64,000 bases of DNA from an uncultured cyanobacterium. GTDB lineage: Bacteria > Cyanobacteriota > Cyanobacteriia > PCC-6307 > Cyanobiaceae. Where the stretch lies: assembly GCA_963772735.1 (NCBI GenBank), contig CAVYYO010000001.1:223581-287580 (forward strand), in the 5' to 3' direction. The translations under genes were made by a program, and so were the position numbers. Positions 10,410 to 20,143 of the stretch are shown piece by piece. The first letter of the stretch is position 1. Every line of letters starts with the position of its first letter. The notes beneath the pieces are model-generated. The model was given only the letters and a program-made list of their open reading frames with translations, was not told the origin of the DNA and did no database searches.

Positions 10410-11368
10410 TGGGCCGCGATGGCTTCGAGGGCGGGCGGCAGCATCTCCAGCTGTGGGGTTTCGGCGAAGACCTCGGCGGCGTTGTTGGGGCTCTCCTGCA
10501 GGCGCACCTTGTGCAGACGGGCCCCGTTGGCGGCGATGGGCGCGGTCAGCAGATCGGCGATGTGAAGGGCGATGTTCTCGGCGGTGGGGACACAGCCTGC
10601 GAAATGGGGCACGTCCTTGTTCAGGAACGTGTGGTCGAAGGGCTCCACCACCAGCTCGTCCACCAGCCGCTGCAGCTCGGCCAGGTCGCAGACCATGCCG
10701 GTGCGGGGATCGACGGCGCCCCGCACGGTGACGTCGAGCAGGTAGTTGTGACCGTGGCCATGGGGCCGGGCGCACTTGCCGTAGATGGCCTCGTTCTCGC
10801 TCTGGCTGAGCTCGGGCCGGGCCAGGCGGTGGGCGGCAGCGAAGTGGGTGCGGATGGAGAGGAAAGCTTCCATGGGGTCGATGGTGGGGCCGGCGAGCAC
10901 GTCGGCCCAGAGATTGGTTTGTTCGTGGAGGCGCAGAGCCACCAGGGGCAGATGGGGAGCGAGGCGATCGCGGATGGCCAGCAGCAGGGCCTCGGTGGTG
11001 GGCAGACGCCCCTCGGGCCTGGAGAGGTCGAACTCGGGCCAGACGTCGTTGAGGAAGCGGAAGTCGAGCGGCTCGGTGACCTCCCGGCGGATGGCGTGCT
11101 TGACGTCGGAGAGGTTCAGCACCATGCCGTCGCCATCGAGAGGCCCGCCCATGGCCACGGACAGCTCGTAGTTGTGGCCGTGGCCTGGCGGAATGCTGCA
11201 GCGGCCGAACCGGCGGGCATTCTCCGGCTCATCGAGCTCGGGCAACCGGTAGAGGTGGCTGGCACTGAAGGTGGCCCTGCGGGTGATCACACAGGGCCTG
11301 CCCCGCCCGTGGGCGGTGCTGGTGGAGGAGGATGCCGCAGGGGGGGCGGTCAACCGGGTTGCGGTCAT
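10406..11368 (-). CDS. Dual-domain 6-pyruvoyl-tetrahydropterin synthase (QueD/PTPS family)
   Basis: Two T-fold repeats: FSASHLY...CSIPPGHGHNY and FAAAHRL...CARPHGHGHNY, PTAENIA, VRLQESPNN. Confidence 0.9.
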   Translation of the reverse strand: MTATRLTAPPAASSSTSTAHGRGRPCVITRRATFSASHLYRLPELDEPENARRFGRCSIPPGHGHNYELSVAMGGPLDGDGMVLNLSDVKHAIRREVTEPLDFRFLNDVWPEFDLSRPEGRLPTTEALLLAIRDRLAPHLPLVALRLHEQTNLWADVLAGPTIDPMEAFLSIRTHFAAAHRLARPELSQSENEAIYGKCARPHGHGHNYLLDVTVRGAVDPRTGMVCDLAELQRLVDELVVEPFDHTFLNKDVPHFAGCVPTAENIALHIADLLTAPIAANGARLHKVRLQESPNNAAEVFAETPQLEMLPPALEAIAAH

Positions 11369-11430
11369 CGCCGATTCCCAGGGGAGCATCATCCTAGAAA
11401 CGGGGTCCGGACTGCCGACGACCGCCGCCG

Positions 11431-12117
11431 ATGGCCCCTGAAGAAACCGCCCGCTCCAGCGCCCCTGCCAGCACGCCCGCTGTGCCGGCCGACCCTCCCT
11501 CCCACCGGGCCCTGGCCCGTCGCCTCGAGGGACTGAACATCTACCTGGTGGGGATGATGGGGGCGGGTAAGAGCGCGGTGGGACGGCCCCTGGCCGAAGC
11601 GCTCGGATACCGCTTCATCGATGCCGACGCCATCCTTGAGCAGGCCGCGGGGCAGTCCATCGCCGAGATCTTCGCCAGCGATGGCGAAGAGGCCTTCCGG
11701 TCCCTGGAGACCTCCGTGCTGGACGGCATCGCCGGCTGGCATTCGCTGGTGGTGGCCACCGGCGGCGGCGTGGTGACCCGACCGGAGAACTGGGGGCACA
11801 TGCGCCAGGGTCTGGTGGTATGGCTGGACGCGCCCGAAGCGGAGCTCCTGGATCGACTGGCCACCGATCCCACCCCCCGTCCCCTGATGACGACCCCCGA
11901 TCCCTCCGCCCGGCTGGCGGCCCTGCTGGCCGAGCGCCGGCCCCTCTATGCCCAGGCCGACCTGACGGTGCGCCAGCAGGGGGGGCCGCCTGCCGCGGTG
12001 GCCGGACAGGTGCTGGAGGCCCTGCCTTCGGTGCTGAAGCCAGCGCCGAAGGCACCAGCGGCCACGGCCGATCTTCTCCGGGACGCCGATGGCCGCGCCC
12101 TGGACAGGCTCAACTGA
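11431..12117 (+). CDS. aroK: Shikimate kinase
   Basis: LVGMMGAGKS P-loop, FIDAD, FRSLET, VVATGGG, ERRPLYAQAD. Confidence 0.95.
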   Translation: MAPEETARSSAPASTPAVPADPPSHRALARRLEGLNIYLVGMMGAGKSAVGRPLAEALGYRFIDADAILEQAAGQSIAEIFASDGEEAFRSLETSVLDGIAGWHSLVVATGGGVVTRPENWGHMRQGLVVWLDAPEAELLDRLATDPTPRPLMTTPDPSARLAALLAERRPLYAQADLTVRQQGGPPAAVAGQVLEALPSVLKPAPKAPAATADLLRDADGRALDRLN

Positions 12118-12132
12118 GCGGGCCGGCAGCGT

Positions 12133-12393
12133 TCAGCCCGGGGGCTCGAGCCGTACGGCGAACCACTGGATCGTGAATCCCGGCGCCAGCTCCAGCTCGC
12201 AGGCAGTGTCGAGAAGCCGGCGGGCCCGGGACTCGGGGTCAGCCAGATCGGCCAGGTCGGCAGGGGGATCGGCCAGACCACCCACATGGCCGGCGAGCCA
12301 CTGGCGCGTCTCGGAGGCATTCAGGATGCACTCCTCCCGACCGGGTTCCAGGACCACGTAGTGGTCGAGCTCCCGCAGCAGGGGGTCGGACAC
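12133..12393 (-). CDS. Chlororespiratory reduction protein 7 (CRR7) family
   Basis: MSDPLLRELDHYVVLEPG...LLDTACELELAPGFTIQWFAVRLE. Confidence 0.85.
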   Translation of the reverse strand: MSDPLLRELDHYVVLEPGREECILNASETRQWLAGHVGGLADPPADLADLADPESRARRLLDTACELELAPGFTIQWFAVRLEPPG

Positions 12394-12454
12394 GGGACAG
12401 ATCGCGGTGGAGGCCATCCTGGCGGGATCTGGGGGCCGTGCGGACGCCGGAGCC

Positions 12455-13174
12455 TCAACCCCGGCCCACTTCGACCATCAGCCGGTCCCGCCAGGTGAAC
12501 AGAGGCTCCAGCACCGGGTTGTCGGCGATGCCTTCGACGCCCCGGCCGATCAGGGTAGCGCCGGCGCAGGCGGGGAACTTCAGCAGGTACAGCTGGGCGG
12601 CCACGGCAAGATCGGCCAGGGTGAGGCCATCGCCCTCCAGGTAGGGTCGCTCGACCACCAGCAGGGCGAGCTGCTCGAGGCTGCGGTGCAGCTGCCGGAC
12701 CTCGCAGGGCCCGAGCAGGTCCCGCACCGCTTCGGTGGCGGGCCCCATCAGTCCGCCGGGCAGGGCCCCCACCAGATCGCGCAGGGGCGCCGGGGTGGCC
12801 TCGGGCAGCAGAGCAGCGCGGAGGATCGGATCGACGGCGGCGGCCTGGAGCAGGGCCAGTCGAGCCCCCCTGGCCAGAGCGGTGTCGGCCCAGTCCTCCA
12901 GCAGCAGCACCCTGGCGCGGGCGATCGGATCGGCGGGCAGCAGGGCCGGCTCGGGGTGAACCTTCTCCAGGTGCAGGGCGATGGCGGTGGAATCGGCGAT
13001 CACTTCGCCGCCGTCCACCAGGACCGGCACCTGGCGCTGCCCGGAGAGACGGAACAGCTCCAGCTGGCCCAGGCCGGGGGTGACCTCCACGATGGTGGCC
13101 TCCAGACCTTTGCGGGCCAGCAGGAGGCGCACCTTCTCGCAGAAGGCGGAATGTCTGAACTGATGCAGCTCCAT
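12455..13174 (-). CDS. Glutathione S-transferase family protein
   Basis: QFRHSAFCEKVR, QVPVLVDG, IADSTAIA, LTLADLAVA. Confidence 0.9.
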   Translation of the reverse strand: MELHQFRHSAFCEKVRLLLARKGLEATIVEVTPGLGQLELFRLSGQRQVPVLVDGGEVIADSTAIALHLEKVHPEPALLPADPIARARVLLLEDWADTALARGARLALLQAAAVDPILRAALLPEATPAPLRDLVGALPGGLMGPATEAVRDLLGPCEVRQLHRSLEQLALLVVERPYLEGDGLTLADLAVAAQLYLLKFPACAGATLIGRGVEGIADNPVLEPLFTWRDRLMVEVGRG

Positions 13175-13247
13175 GGGCTCCGCGGCGGCAGGGCATGACC
13201 CCGGGCGGCAGAGTAGCCAGCATCCGTCCAGGAACGCCGCCGCGGCA

Positions 13248-13454
13248 ATGAAAGAGTTCTTCGTCAACGTGACGCGCTACCCCCGCTACCTGATCGCCTT
13301 CAGCCTGGGGGTGTTCAACTCGGTGGTGGAGCCGCTGGCCAGGCGGCGCAGCAACCCCGTCACGGCGGTCGCCCTGGTGGGGGCGCTGATCAGCGGGCTG
13401 GTGAGCCTCACCCTGGTGCTGCGTGCCATGGTGCAGCCAGCACCGCTTTCTTGA
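13248..13454 (+). CDS. DUF751 family protein
   Basis: MKEFFVNVTRYPRYLI, a small membrane protein directly upstream of rbfA. Confidence 0.85.
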   Translation: MKEFFVNVTRYPRYLIAFSLGVFNSVVEPLARRRSNPVTAVALVGALISGLVSLTLVLRAMVQPAPLS

Positions 13455-13457
13455 GTC

Positions 13458-13835
13458 ATGGCACAGGGCCGACGGGTGGAGCGGGTGGCCGCCCTGATCC
13501 GCCGTGAAGTGAGCGAGCTTCTGAGGAGCGGCATCAAGGATGAGCGGGTCCAGCACGGGATGGTCAGCGTCACCAAGGTGGAGGTGGCCGGCGACCTGCA
13601 GCACTGCAGGATCTTCGTGAGCATTTTCGGCAGCGACGGGGATCGGGAGGTGGCGATGGCAGGCCTGAAGGCCGCCTCGGTCTATGTCAAGGGAGAACTG
13701 GGCCGTCGCCTCAAGCTGCGCCGCACGCCTGAGGTGGTGTTCGTCCTCGATCGGGGGCTGGAGGAGGGCAACACGGTGCTGGGTCTGCTGCAGCGCCTGG
13801 AATCCGAGCGGCGTCACCGCGAGGGAGAGGACTGA
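13458..13835 (+). CDS. rbfA: Ribosome-binding factor A
   Basis: [42 protein letters not shown]. Confidence 0.95.
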   Translation: MAQGRRVERVAALIRREVSELLRSGIKDERVQHGMVSVTKVEVAGDLQHCRIFVSIFGSDGDREVAMAGLKAASVYVKGELGRRLKLRRTPEVVFVLDRGLEEGNTVLGLLQRLESERRHREGED

Positions 13836-13843
13836 TCCTTCCC

Positions 13844-15514
13844 ATGGTTTCCGTTCCCGGACCCGTTCCCTTCGACCTTGCCGATCCGGAGGCCCTTGAC
13901 CGCGCCGTTGCCGCCCTGCTGGTGGTGCGGGCCAGCGGCCATCCGGCGGACGGCCAGCGCCGCTACCCCCGCTGGGAACTGGACAACGGCAGCCTGCAGC
14001 GCCTTCTCGCCCGGGGCGTGGGAGGGGTGATCCTGCTGGGGGGCAGCGCCGCCGAACTGCGGCTGCGCACTCGGCAACTCTCGGCCTGGGCCGGCCAGCC
14101 GTTGCTTCTCTGCGCCGACGTGGAAGAGGGGGTGGGCCAGCGGTTCGAGGGGGCCAGCTGGCTGGTGCCGCCCCTGGCCCTGGCCCGGATCCACGCCACC
14201 GCTCCGGCCGAGGCCATCGATCTGGCCCGTCGCTACGGGGCCTGCACGGGCCGGGAGGCCCGTCAGCTTGGGCTCAACTGGGTGCTCGCCCCCGTCTGCG
14301 ACGTCAACAACAACCCGGCCAATCCGGTGATCAACGTGCGGGCCTGGGGGGAGGATCCGGCCACGGCGGGGGCCCTGGCCGCCGCCTTCTGCCACGGCCT
14401 CCAGGCCGAAGGGGTGCTCAGCTGCGCCAAGCACTTCCCCGGCCATGGCGACACCGCCAGCGACTCCCATCTGGAGCTGCCCCTGCTCCCCCACGACCGC
14501 GCCCGTCTCGAAACGGTGGAACTGCCCCCCTTCCGGGACGCCATCGCCGCCGACGTGGCCGCGGTGATGACCGCCCACCTGCTGCTGCCGGCCCTCGACA
14601 CCGCCCATCCGGCCACCCTCTCGCGGGTGGTGCTCACAGGTCTGCTGCGTGAGGAGCTCGGCTTCGACGGTCTGATCGTCACCGACGCCCTGGTCATGGA
14701 GGCCATCGCCGGCCGCTACGGCGCCTCGGAAGCGGCGGTGCTGGCCCTGGAGGCGGGGGCGGATCTGGTGCTGATGCCCGGTGATGCGGAGGGGGCGATC
14801 GACGCCATCGTCGCGGCCGTCCGCGACGGGCGGCTGCCGCTGGAGCGGCTGGAGGCCAGCCTGATGCGACGGCAACGGGCCCTGGAGCGCTGCGCGGACG
14901 GCAGGGGGGATCACGGCGCCTCTGACGCCCAAGCCCCGCTCGGCGCGCTCAGCAACGGGCCCTCCCCTGCCGATCAGGCCCTGGCGCTGGAGCTGGTGAA
15001 ACGCAGTCTGGTGTCCCAGGGCCGGCCTCCTCCGGACTCCGGCCCCGGCGTCAATCTGATCCGGCTCGACAGCAGCCTGGGCTGCCCCTACCTGCCGGCG
15101 ACTGCTCCTGCCGTGGCCCTGCCGGCGGCGGCGGGGCTGCGGCTGTGCCTGTTCGACGGCCAGGGGCCCTCCCCCTGGAGCGGTGATGGGGAGGCCCCCC
15201 TGGCCCTCGATCGGCTGGGGGAGGGACCGGTGCTGCTGCAGCTGTTCATGCGGGGGAACCCCTTCCGCGGCAGGGCCGACGCTCCGGAGCCCTGGCCGGC
15301 GGTGATCCGGCAGCTCCAGGCCGCCGGCCGCCTGACGGGCCTGGCCGTGTACGGCAGCCCCTATGCCTGGGAAGCGCTCCGGCCACTGCTCGCCCCCGAC
15401 GTGCCGGCGGCCTGGTCCCCGGGGCAGATGCCCCTGGCCCAGAGCGAATTGCTGGGCCGACTCGGCTTCCGCCCCGGCCGCAGGACAGCGGCCACCGCGG
15501 ACTTCACCGACTGA
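13844..15514 (+). CDS. Glycoside hydrolase family 3, beta-N-acetylhexosaminidase (NagZ-like)
   Basis: DVEEGVGQR, APVCDVNNNP, KHFPGHGDTASDSH, IVTDALVM. Confidence 0.9.
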   Translation: MVSVPGPVPFDLADPEALDRAVAALLVVRASGHPADGQRRYPRWELDNGSLQRLLARGVGGVILLGGSAAELRLRTRQLSAWAGQPLLLCADVEEGVGQRFEGASWLVPPLALARIHATAPAEAIDLARRYGACTGREARQLGLNWVLAPVCDVNNNPANPVINVRAWGEDPATAGALAAAFCHGLQAEGVLSCAKHFPGHGDTASDSHLELPLLPHDRARLETVELPPFRDAIAADVAAVMTAHLLLPALDTAHPATLSRVVLTGLLREELGFDGLIVTDALVMEAIAGRYGASEAAVLALEAGADLVLMPGDAEGAIDAIVAAVRDGRLPLERLEASLMRRQRALERCADGRGDHGASDAQAPLGALSNGPSPADQALALELVKRSLVSQGRPPPDSGPGVNLIRLDSSLGCPYLPATAPAVALPAAAGLRLCLFDGQGPSPWSGDGEAPLALDRLGEGPVLLQLFMRGNPFRGRADAPEPWPAVIRQLQAAGRLTGLAVYGSPYAWEALRPLLAPDVPAAWSPGQMPLAQSELLGRLGFRPGRRTAATADFTD

Positions 15515-15583
15515 GCCATCGGCATAGGGCCGCCGCCACGGGCACCTAGCCTCCTGGCAAGAGCGTCCGACCCGCCGCTTCCG

Positions 15584-16777
15584 ATGCTGAGCCTGTCGAT
15601 GATCGTGCGCGACGAGGCGGAGCGGCTGGAGCGCTGCCTGGGCTCGGTGGCGGGCTTCGTTGACGAGATGGTGATCGTGGACACCGGCTCCCAGGACGAC
15701 ACGGCAGCGATCGCCGCCGCCTGCGGTGCCACCGTCCACCACCTGGACTGGCCGGGAGACTTTGCTCCGGCCCGCAACCATGCCCTCGACCTGGTGAGGG
15801 GCGACTGGGTGCTGGTGCTGGATGGGGACGAGTGGCTGCGACCGGAAGCACGGGGACCGCTGTGGGCCCTGATGGACCAGCCGCAGGTGCTGCTGATCAA
15901 CTTGCTGCGTCAGGAACTGGGGGCCGCCCAGTCCCCCTTTTCCAGCGTCAGCCGCCTGTTCCGCCGCCATCCGGCCATCCGCTGGAGCCGCGGTTACCAC
16001 GCCATGGTCGACGACAGCGTGGCTGGGCTGCTGGAACGTGAACCCCAGTGGCAGGTGGCGGACTGCGGGGAGCCGGCCCTGATGCATGAGGGCTACCGCC
16101 CCGAGCTGCTGGCCGCGGGCGACAAGGCCGGGCGCCTGCGCCGGGCCATGGAGGCGGAGCTGGCGGAGCGGCCCGGCGATCCCTACGCCTGCGCCAAGCT
16201 CGGGGCCCTGGAGGTGAGCCAGGGTGACCGGCGACGGGGCATCGCTCTGCTGGAAGACGGCCTGGCCAGGGCCGGCGAGGGCGCAGTGCCGGAACGCTAC
16301 GAACTGCTGCTCCATCTGGCCATCGCCCGCAGTCCCGAGGATCCCGCGGCCGCCGCCACCCTCTACCGCCAGGCCCTGGCCCTGCCCCTGGACGGGCGGC
16401 TCACCGTGGGGGCACGGCTCAACCTGGCCGCCCTGCTGCTGCGCCGCGGGGACCTGGAGGAGGCGGCGAGGCTCACCGGAACCGTGACCCACCTCTGCCC
16501 GGATCTCCCGCTGGGTTGGTACAACCTGGGCCTGATCGAGCGCCAGCGGGGTCGGCTGGCGCAGGCGATCACGGCCTATCGCCAGGCCCTCGGCCTGGCA
16601 CCGGACCACGCCGATGCCCAGCGGAATCTCGCGGCCGCCCTGCTGATGGGGGGAGACATCCCAGGGGCCCGTGAAGGCTTCCGTCGGGCGATCGCCCTGC
16701 TGGAGAGCCAGGGGCAGCAGGCGCAGGCGCAGGAGCTGGCGCTGCGGGCCGGGGCGCTGGTGCGGCTGGAGGCCTGA
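15584..16777 (+). CDS. GT2 glycosyltransferase with C-terminal TPR repeats
   Basis: SMIVRDE, VDTGSQD, WVLVLDGDEW (DxD), H-x-GY, TPR motifs GWYNLG / AQRNLA. Confidence 0.88.
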   Translation: MLSLSMIVRDEAERLERCLGSVAGFVDEMVIVDTGSQDDTAAIAAACGATVHHLDWPGDFAPARNHALDLVRGDWVLVLDGDEWLRPEARGPLWALMDQPQVLLINLLRQELGAAQSPFSSVSRLFRRHPAIRWSRGYHAMVDDSVAGLLEREPQWQVADCGEPALMHEGYRPELLAAGDKAGRLRRAMEAELAERPGDPYACAKLGALEVSQGDRRRGIALLEDGLARAGEGAVPERYELLLHLAIARSPEDPAAAATLYRQALALPLDGRLTVGARLNLAALLLRRGDLEEAARLTGTVTHLCPDLPLGWYNLGLIERQRGRLAQAITAYRQALGLAPDHADAQRNLAAALLMGGDIPGAREGFRRAIALLESQGQQAQAQELALRAGALVRLEA

Positions 16778-17616
16778 TGGCAACGCCCCTCTCCCCTGGA
16801 CCCCACGTCACCGACCTGAGCGGCCGCATGGTGGCCGTCACCCGGGCCGAAACCCAGCTGGGCGAAGCCCGACGACTGTTCGAGCGGGCAGGGGCCAGCG
16901 TCATCGACCTGCCCGCCCTGGTGATCGGCCCGCCGGATCTCTGGGGTCCCCTCGACGATGCCCTGGCGGAACTGGACCAGTTCCACTGGATCATCTTCTC
17001 CAGCGCCAATGGCGTCGAGGCCGTCGAGCAACGGCTGCTCCGGCTGGGCCGGGGCCTGGCCCGCCGGCCCGGGGGGCTGCGGCTGGCGGCGGTGGGTCGC
17101 AAGACCGCCCAGGCGCTGGAGGCCCTGGGGGCAGCGGCGGATTTCGTGCCGCCGGCCTTCGTGGCCGACAGCCTGATCGAGCACTTCCCGATATCCGCCT
17201 GGGGGCAGCGGCTGCTGCTGCCGAGGGTGCAGAGCGGCGGGCGCACCGTTCTGGCGGACGCCTTCGCGGAGGCTGGTGCCCGGGTGGTGGAAGTGGCCGC
17301 TTACGAAAGCCGCTGTCCGGCCGAGCTGCCCAGCCCGGCGCTGCTGGCGCTCGAAAGGCGCCGGATCGATGCCATCACCTTCAGCAGCGGAAAGACGGTG
17401 GACCACACCTGCCGGCTCCTGGCCGGCAGCTTCGGCGAAGCCTGGCTGGAGCGACTGGAGGGGGTGCGGGTGATCTCGATCGGCCCCCAGACCAGCAGGC
17501 GCTGCAGGGAGCGGCTCGGACGGGTGGATGGGGAGGCGGTTCCCCACGACCTCGAAGGTCTGGTCAGCGCCTGCGCCAGGGCGCTCGGTGATGCTCCGCT
17601 CAGAGGTCGACCGTGA
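16777..17616 (+). CDS. hemD: Uroporphyrinogen-III synthase
   Basis: VAVTRA, WIIFSSANGV, LAAVGRKTA, VAAYES, AITFSSGKTV, SIGPQTS. Confidence 0.92.
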   Translation: MATPLSPGPHVTDLSGRMVAVTRAETQLGEARRLFERAGASVIDLPALVIGPPDLWGPLDDALAELDQFHWIIFSSANGVEAVEQRLLRLGRGLARRPGGLRLAAVGRKTAQALEALGAAADFVPPAFVADSLIEHFPISAWGQRLLLPRVQSGGRTVLADAFAEAGARVVEVAAYESRCPAELPSPALLALERRRIDAITFSSGKTVDHTCRLLAGSFGEAWLERLEGVRVISIGPQTSRRCRERLGRVDGEAVPHDLEGLVSACARALGDAPLRGRP

Positions 17617-18127
17617 CCTTGCGGCTGCCGCTCTGCAGGATCAGTCGACCCTTCTGGACGTCCACCGAGGCGACGCTCCAGCCGGGGGGCAGCAGATCGG
17701 TGTTGCGGCCTCCCCGATCCCCTGGACGCAAGCTGCCGCTGAGGGTCTTGTAGGTGACCACCGCCTCACTCCTGCCACCGGTGAAGATCACGCCCGTGAC
17801 GCGGAATTCGTCCAGGAAGGCCGGGGGCGGCGGCGGCGGCGGCGCCTTGGCGGCGCCACTGACAGGCCCAGGAGCCACCGTTCCGAAGGGATCCTTGCGA
17901 CCCACCTGAAAGGCGGCCACCACCTGCTGGGAGGAGGGCAGGGGAGTCAACCCTGGCGAGAAGGCAGGGGACGCAGACGCTGGAGCCGCCGGCGGAGGGG
18001 ACGCCGGCGGGGGTGGCGCCTCCGCAGTGGGAGGGGATCCGCAGCCACCGAGCAACAGCAGGCCGGCGAGGGCCGGGAGCCCGAGTCCGCCGTCAGCCCT
18101 TTTCCACCAGGTCGCGAAATCGGTCAA
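17600..18127 (-). CDS. Proline-rich lipoprotein, PilP/GspC-like beta domain (start uncertain)
   Basis: Lipobox LLLLGGC, Pro-rich linkers, GRKDPF, C-terminal FRVTGVI...EAVV...LRPGD..G...GWSVASVD...GRLIL. Confidence 0.65.
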   Translation of the reverse strand: MTDFATWWKRADGGLGLPALAGLLLLGGCGSPPTAEAPPPPASPPPAAPASASPAFSPGLTPLPSSQQVVAAFQVGRKDPFGTVAPGPVSGAAKAPPPPPPPAFLDEFRVTGVIFTGGRSEAVVTYKTLSGSLRPGDRGGRNTDLLPPGWSVASVDVQKGRLILQSGSRKVTVDL

Positions 18128-18527
18128 GGTTGGCCTGCAGTTCCTTGGTGACAATGCCACCCATGATGCTTGGTTCCATCAGGGGTGCAAGCACTCCCGG
18201 GAGCTCATAGCTCACCGTGAGCTTCACGGCGGTGAGATCGGGGCCGAGGGGATAGAAGCGAACGCCCCCCCTGGTGGGCAGGCCACCCACCGATTCCCAG
18301 TGCAGCCGCTGGGAATCGACCCGCTCAGTGATCCTGGCCTTCCAGTGGAAGCGAAAGCCCTGGGCCGCCAGGGTCCAGTCGGTGAGGTCGGGATCATCGA
18401 GGGTGACGACCGATTCGATCCAGCGCATCCAGCGGGGCATCGCCTCCAGGTCACTCCAGACCTCCCAGACCTGGGCCACCGGGGCCCTGATCTCGCTGGT
18501 GACGCTGTGCTCGAGCCATTTCCCCAT
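18093..18527 (-). CDS. SRPBCC (START-like / polyketide cyclase) family protein
   Basis: MGKWLEHSV, WSDLEAMPRWMRWIESV, WESVGGLPTRGGVRF; 10 nt downstream of zds. Confidence 0.88.
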   Translation of the reverse strand: MGKWLEHSVTSEIRAPVAQVWEVWSDLEAMPRWMRWIESVVTLDDPDLTDWTLAAQGFRFHWKARITERVDSQRLHWESVGGLPTRGGVRFYPLGPDLTAVKLTVSYELPGVLAPLMEPSIMGGIVTKELQANLDRFRDLVEKG

Positions 18528-18537
18528 CGGTCCGCTC

Positions 18538-20013
18538 CTAGGCCACCATCGCGCAGGTGGCCAGGGCCACCGGGCGATCAAGAATCGCAGCGGCCGCCAG
18601 GCGACCGCTCATGGTGGCTCCTTCCATCGAATCGATGTAGTCCTGCCGGGTGTAGCTGCCGGCCAGGAAGAAGTTCGCCACCGGCGTCCGCTGCTGCGGG
18701 CGGAACGGCTCCATCCCGGGGGCCTCCCGATAAAGAGACTGGGCCAGCTTCACCACATTGCTCCAGACCAGCTGCAGGCCGGCGGCGGAAGGGAACAGTT
18801 CGCGCACCTGGCGATCGGTGTGAGCGACGATCTCCTCGGCCCTCTTCGGAATCCAGGGGTCCCCGGGGGTGAGAACGCACTGAAGCAGGGAACCGAGTCC
18901 TTCGCGGCGGTAGTCGGCCGGGCTGGCCAGGGCCAGATCAGCGAAGCAACTGAAGTCGGCATCCGCCGTATACAGAAGATTGTCGAGGCCCGCAGGCTGG
19001 TTCAGGTCGGTGCGGCGCCCCTGGGCTTCGGCCCCCTCGCCCAGCTCCGTCACCCAGCCGTCGTAGCGGAGCTGCACGGTGGCCACGGGCACGGCCTCGA
19101 GCCGGTCGATGGCGGCGAACTGGGGAAAACGGCGCCAGGCCTGGGGCAGCAACCGCTGAGCCCCGGGCACGTCGCAGGCGGCCAGATAGGCGTCCGCCTC
19201 CACCCGCTTCTCCCCGTCCGGGGTTCCCAGCACCAGAGACGTCACGACGGTCTCCCCGCTTCGTTCCTCGTGGCGGATCTCGCTGACCCTGTGGCGAAGG
19301 TGCAGGCGGCCTCCACGCGCCTGGATGTAGTCGAGGATCGGACCGGTGAGCCAGCGGTGGGGGGATCCCTTGAGCAGGTTGAGCTTGGAGGCCTCCGTCT
19401 TGGCGGCGAACATCATGAAGATGGTCAGCATGCAGCGGGCTGAGATCGCTTCGCAATCGATGAAGCCAAGGGCGTAGGCGATCGGATTCCACATCCGCTC
19501 AATGCTCCTGAGGCTGCCGCCGTGGCCCAGGAACCACTGCTGAAAGCTGATCACGTCGAGGGCGCGGATCACCTTCATCGCCCCTTCGTAATCGACGAGG
19601 CCCCGGACGATCGGGCTGGTACCGAGGGCCAGGGCGTTGCGCAGCTTGTCGATCCAGTCGAGCTGGGGGGTGGTGAAGAAAGCCTTGAGGCCATTGAAGG
19701 GCGCGCCCACCGGAAAGCGGAAATCCAGGGCCCGCAGATCCCCGCCACGGTTGACGAACAGGTGCCGGTGCTGCTTGGGGAGCAGGTTGTCGATTGCCCC
19801 CACCTTGCGCATCAGGGCGAAGAGATTGGCGTAGTTGAAGAAGAAGACATGCAGCCCCATTTCGATGTGGTTGCCGTCTGGATCTTCCCAGCTGCCCACC
19901 TTGCCCCCCATGAAGGGACGGGCTTCGTAAAGATCCACGGAATGACCGGCGTCGACCAGATCGACGGCCGCACTCAGACCTGCCAGACCCGCTCCCACGA
20001 TGGCGACCCGCAC
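18538..20013 (-). CDS. zds: 9,9'-di-cis-zeta-carotene desaturase
   Basis: [46 protein letters not shown]. Confidence 0.95.
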   Translation of the reverse strand: MRVAIVGAGLAGLSAAVDLVDAGHSVDLYEARPFMGGKVGSWEDPDGNHIEMGLHVFFFNYANLFALMRKVGAIDNLLPKQHRHLFVNRGGDLRALDFRFPVGAPFNGLKAFFTTPQLDWIDKLRNALALGTSPIVRGLVDYEGAMKVIRALDVISFQQWFLGHGGSLRSIERMWNPIAYALGFIDCEAISARCMLTIFMMFAAKTEASKLNLLKGSPHRWLTGPILDYIQARGGRLHLRHRVSEIRHEERSGETVVTSLVLGTPDGEKRVEADAYLAACDVPGAQRLLPQAWRRFPQFAAIDRLEAVPVATVQLRYDGWVTELGEGAEAQGRRTDLNQPAGLDNLLYTADADFSCFADLALASPADYRREGLGSLLQCVLTPGDPWIPKRAEEIVAHTDRQVRELFPSAAGLQLVWSNVVKLAQSLYREAPGMEPFRPQQRTPVANFFLAGSYTRQDYIDSMEGATMSGRLAAAAILDRPVALATCAMVA

Positions 20014-20143
20014 CCTTGGATTCCCATGAAGGCTCCGACTCTATGGACCGGAGCCGACCCATGGGGGAAGGATCTCCATAGAGTGGGCGTTCACCGCGTC
20101 GTCCGGCGGCCCGATTCCCCCCATCCGACCCCCTACCCGAACG

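Noticed and set aside
13814-16783. 989-aa antisense ORF, and similar long antisense ORFs at 6008-7600, 28793-30898, 58457-61096 and 61449-63878
   Set aside because: Shadow frames of well-supported genes on the opposite strand; expected at this GC content, and no recognisable motifs
17835-18015. GGC/CCG-rich runs as DNA tandem repeats
   Set aside because: They simply encode the poly-Pro/Ala linkers of the lipoprotein
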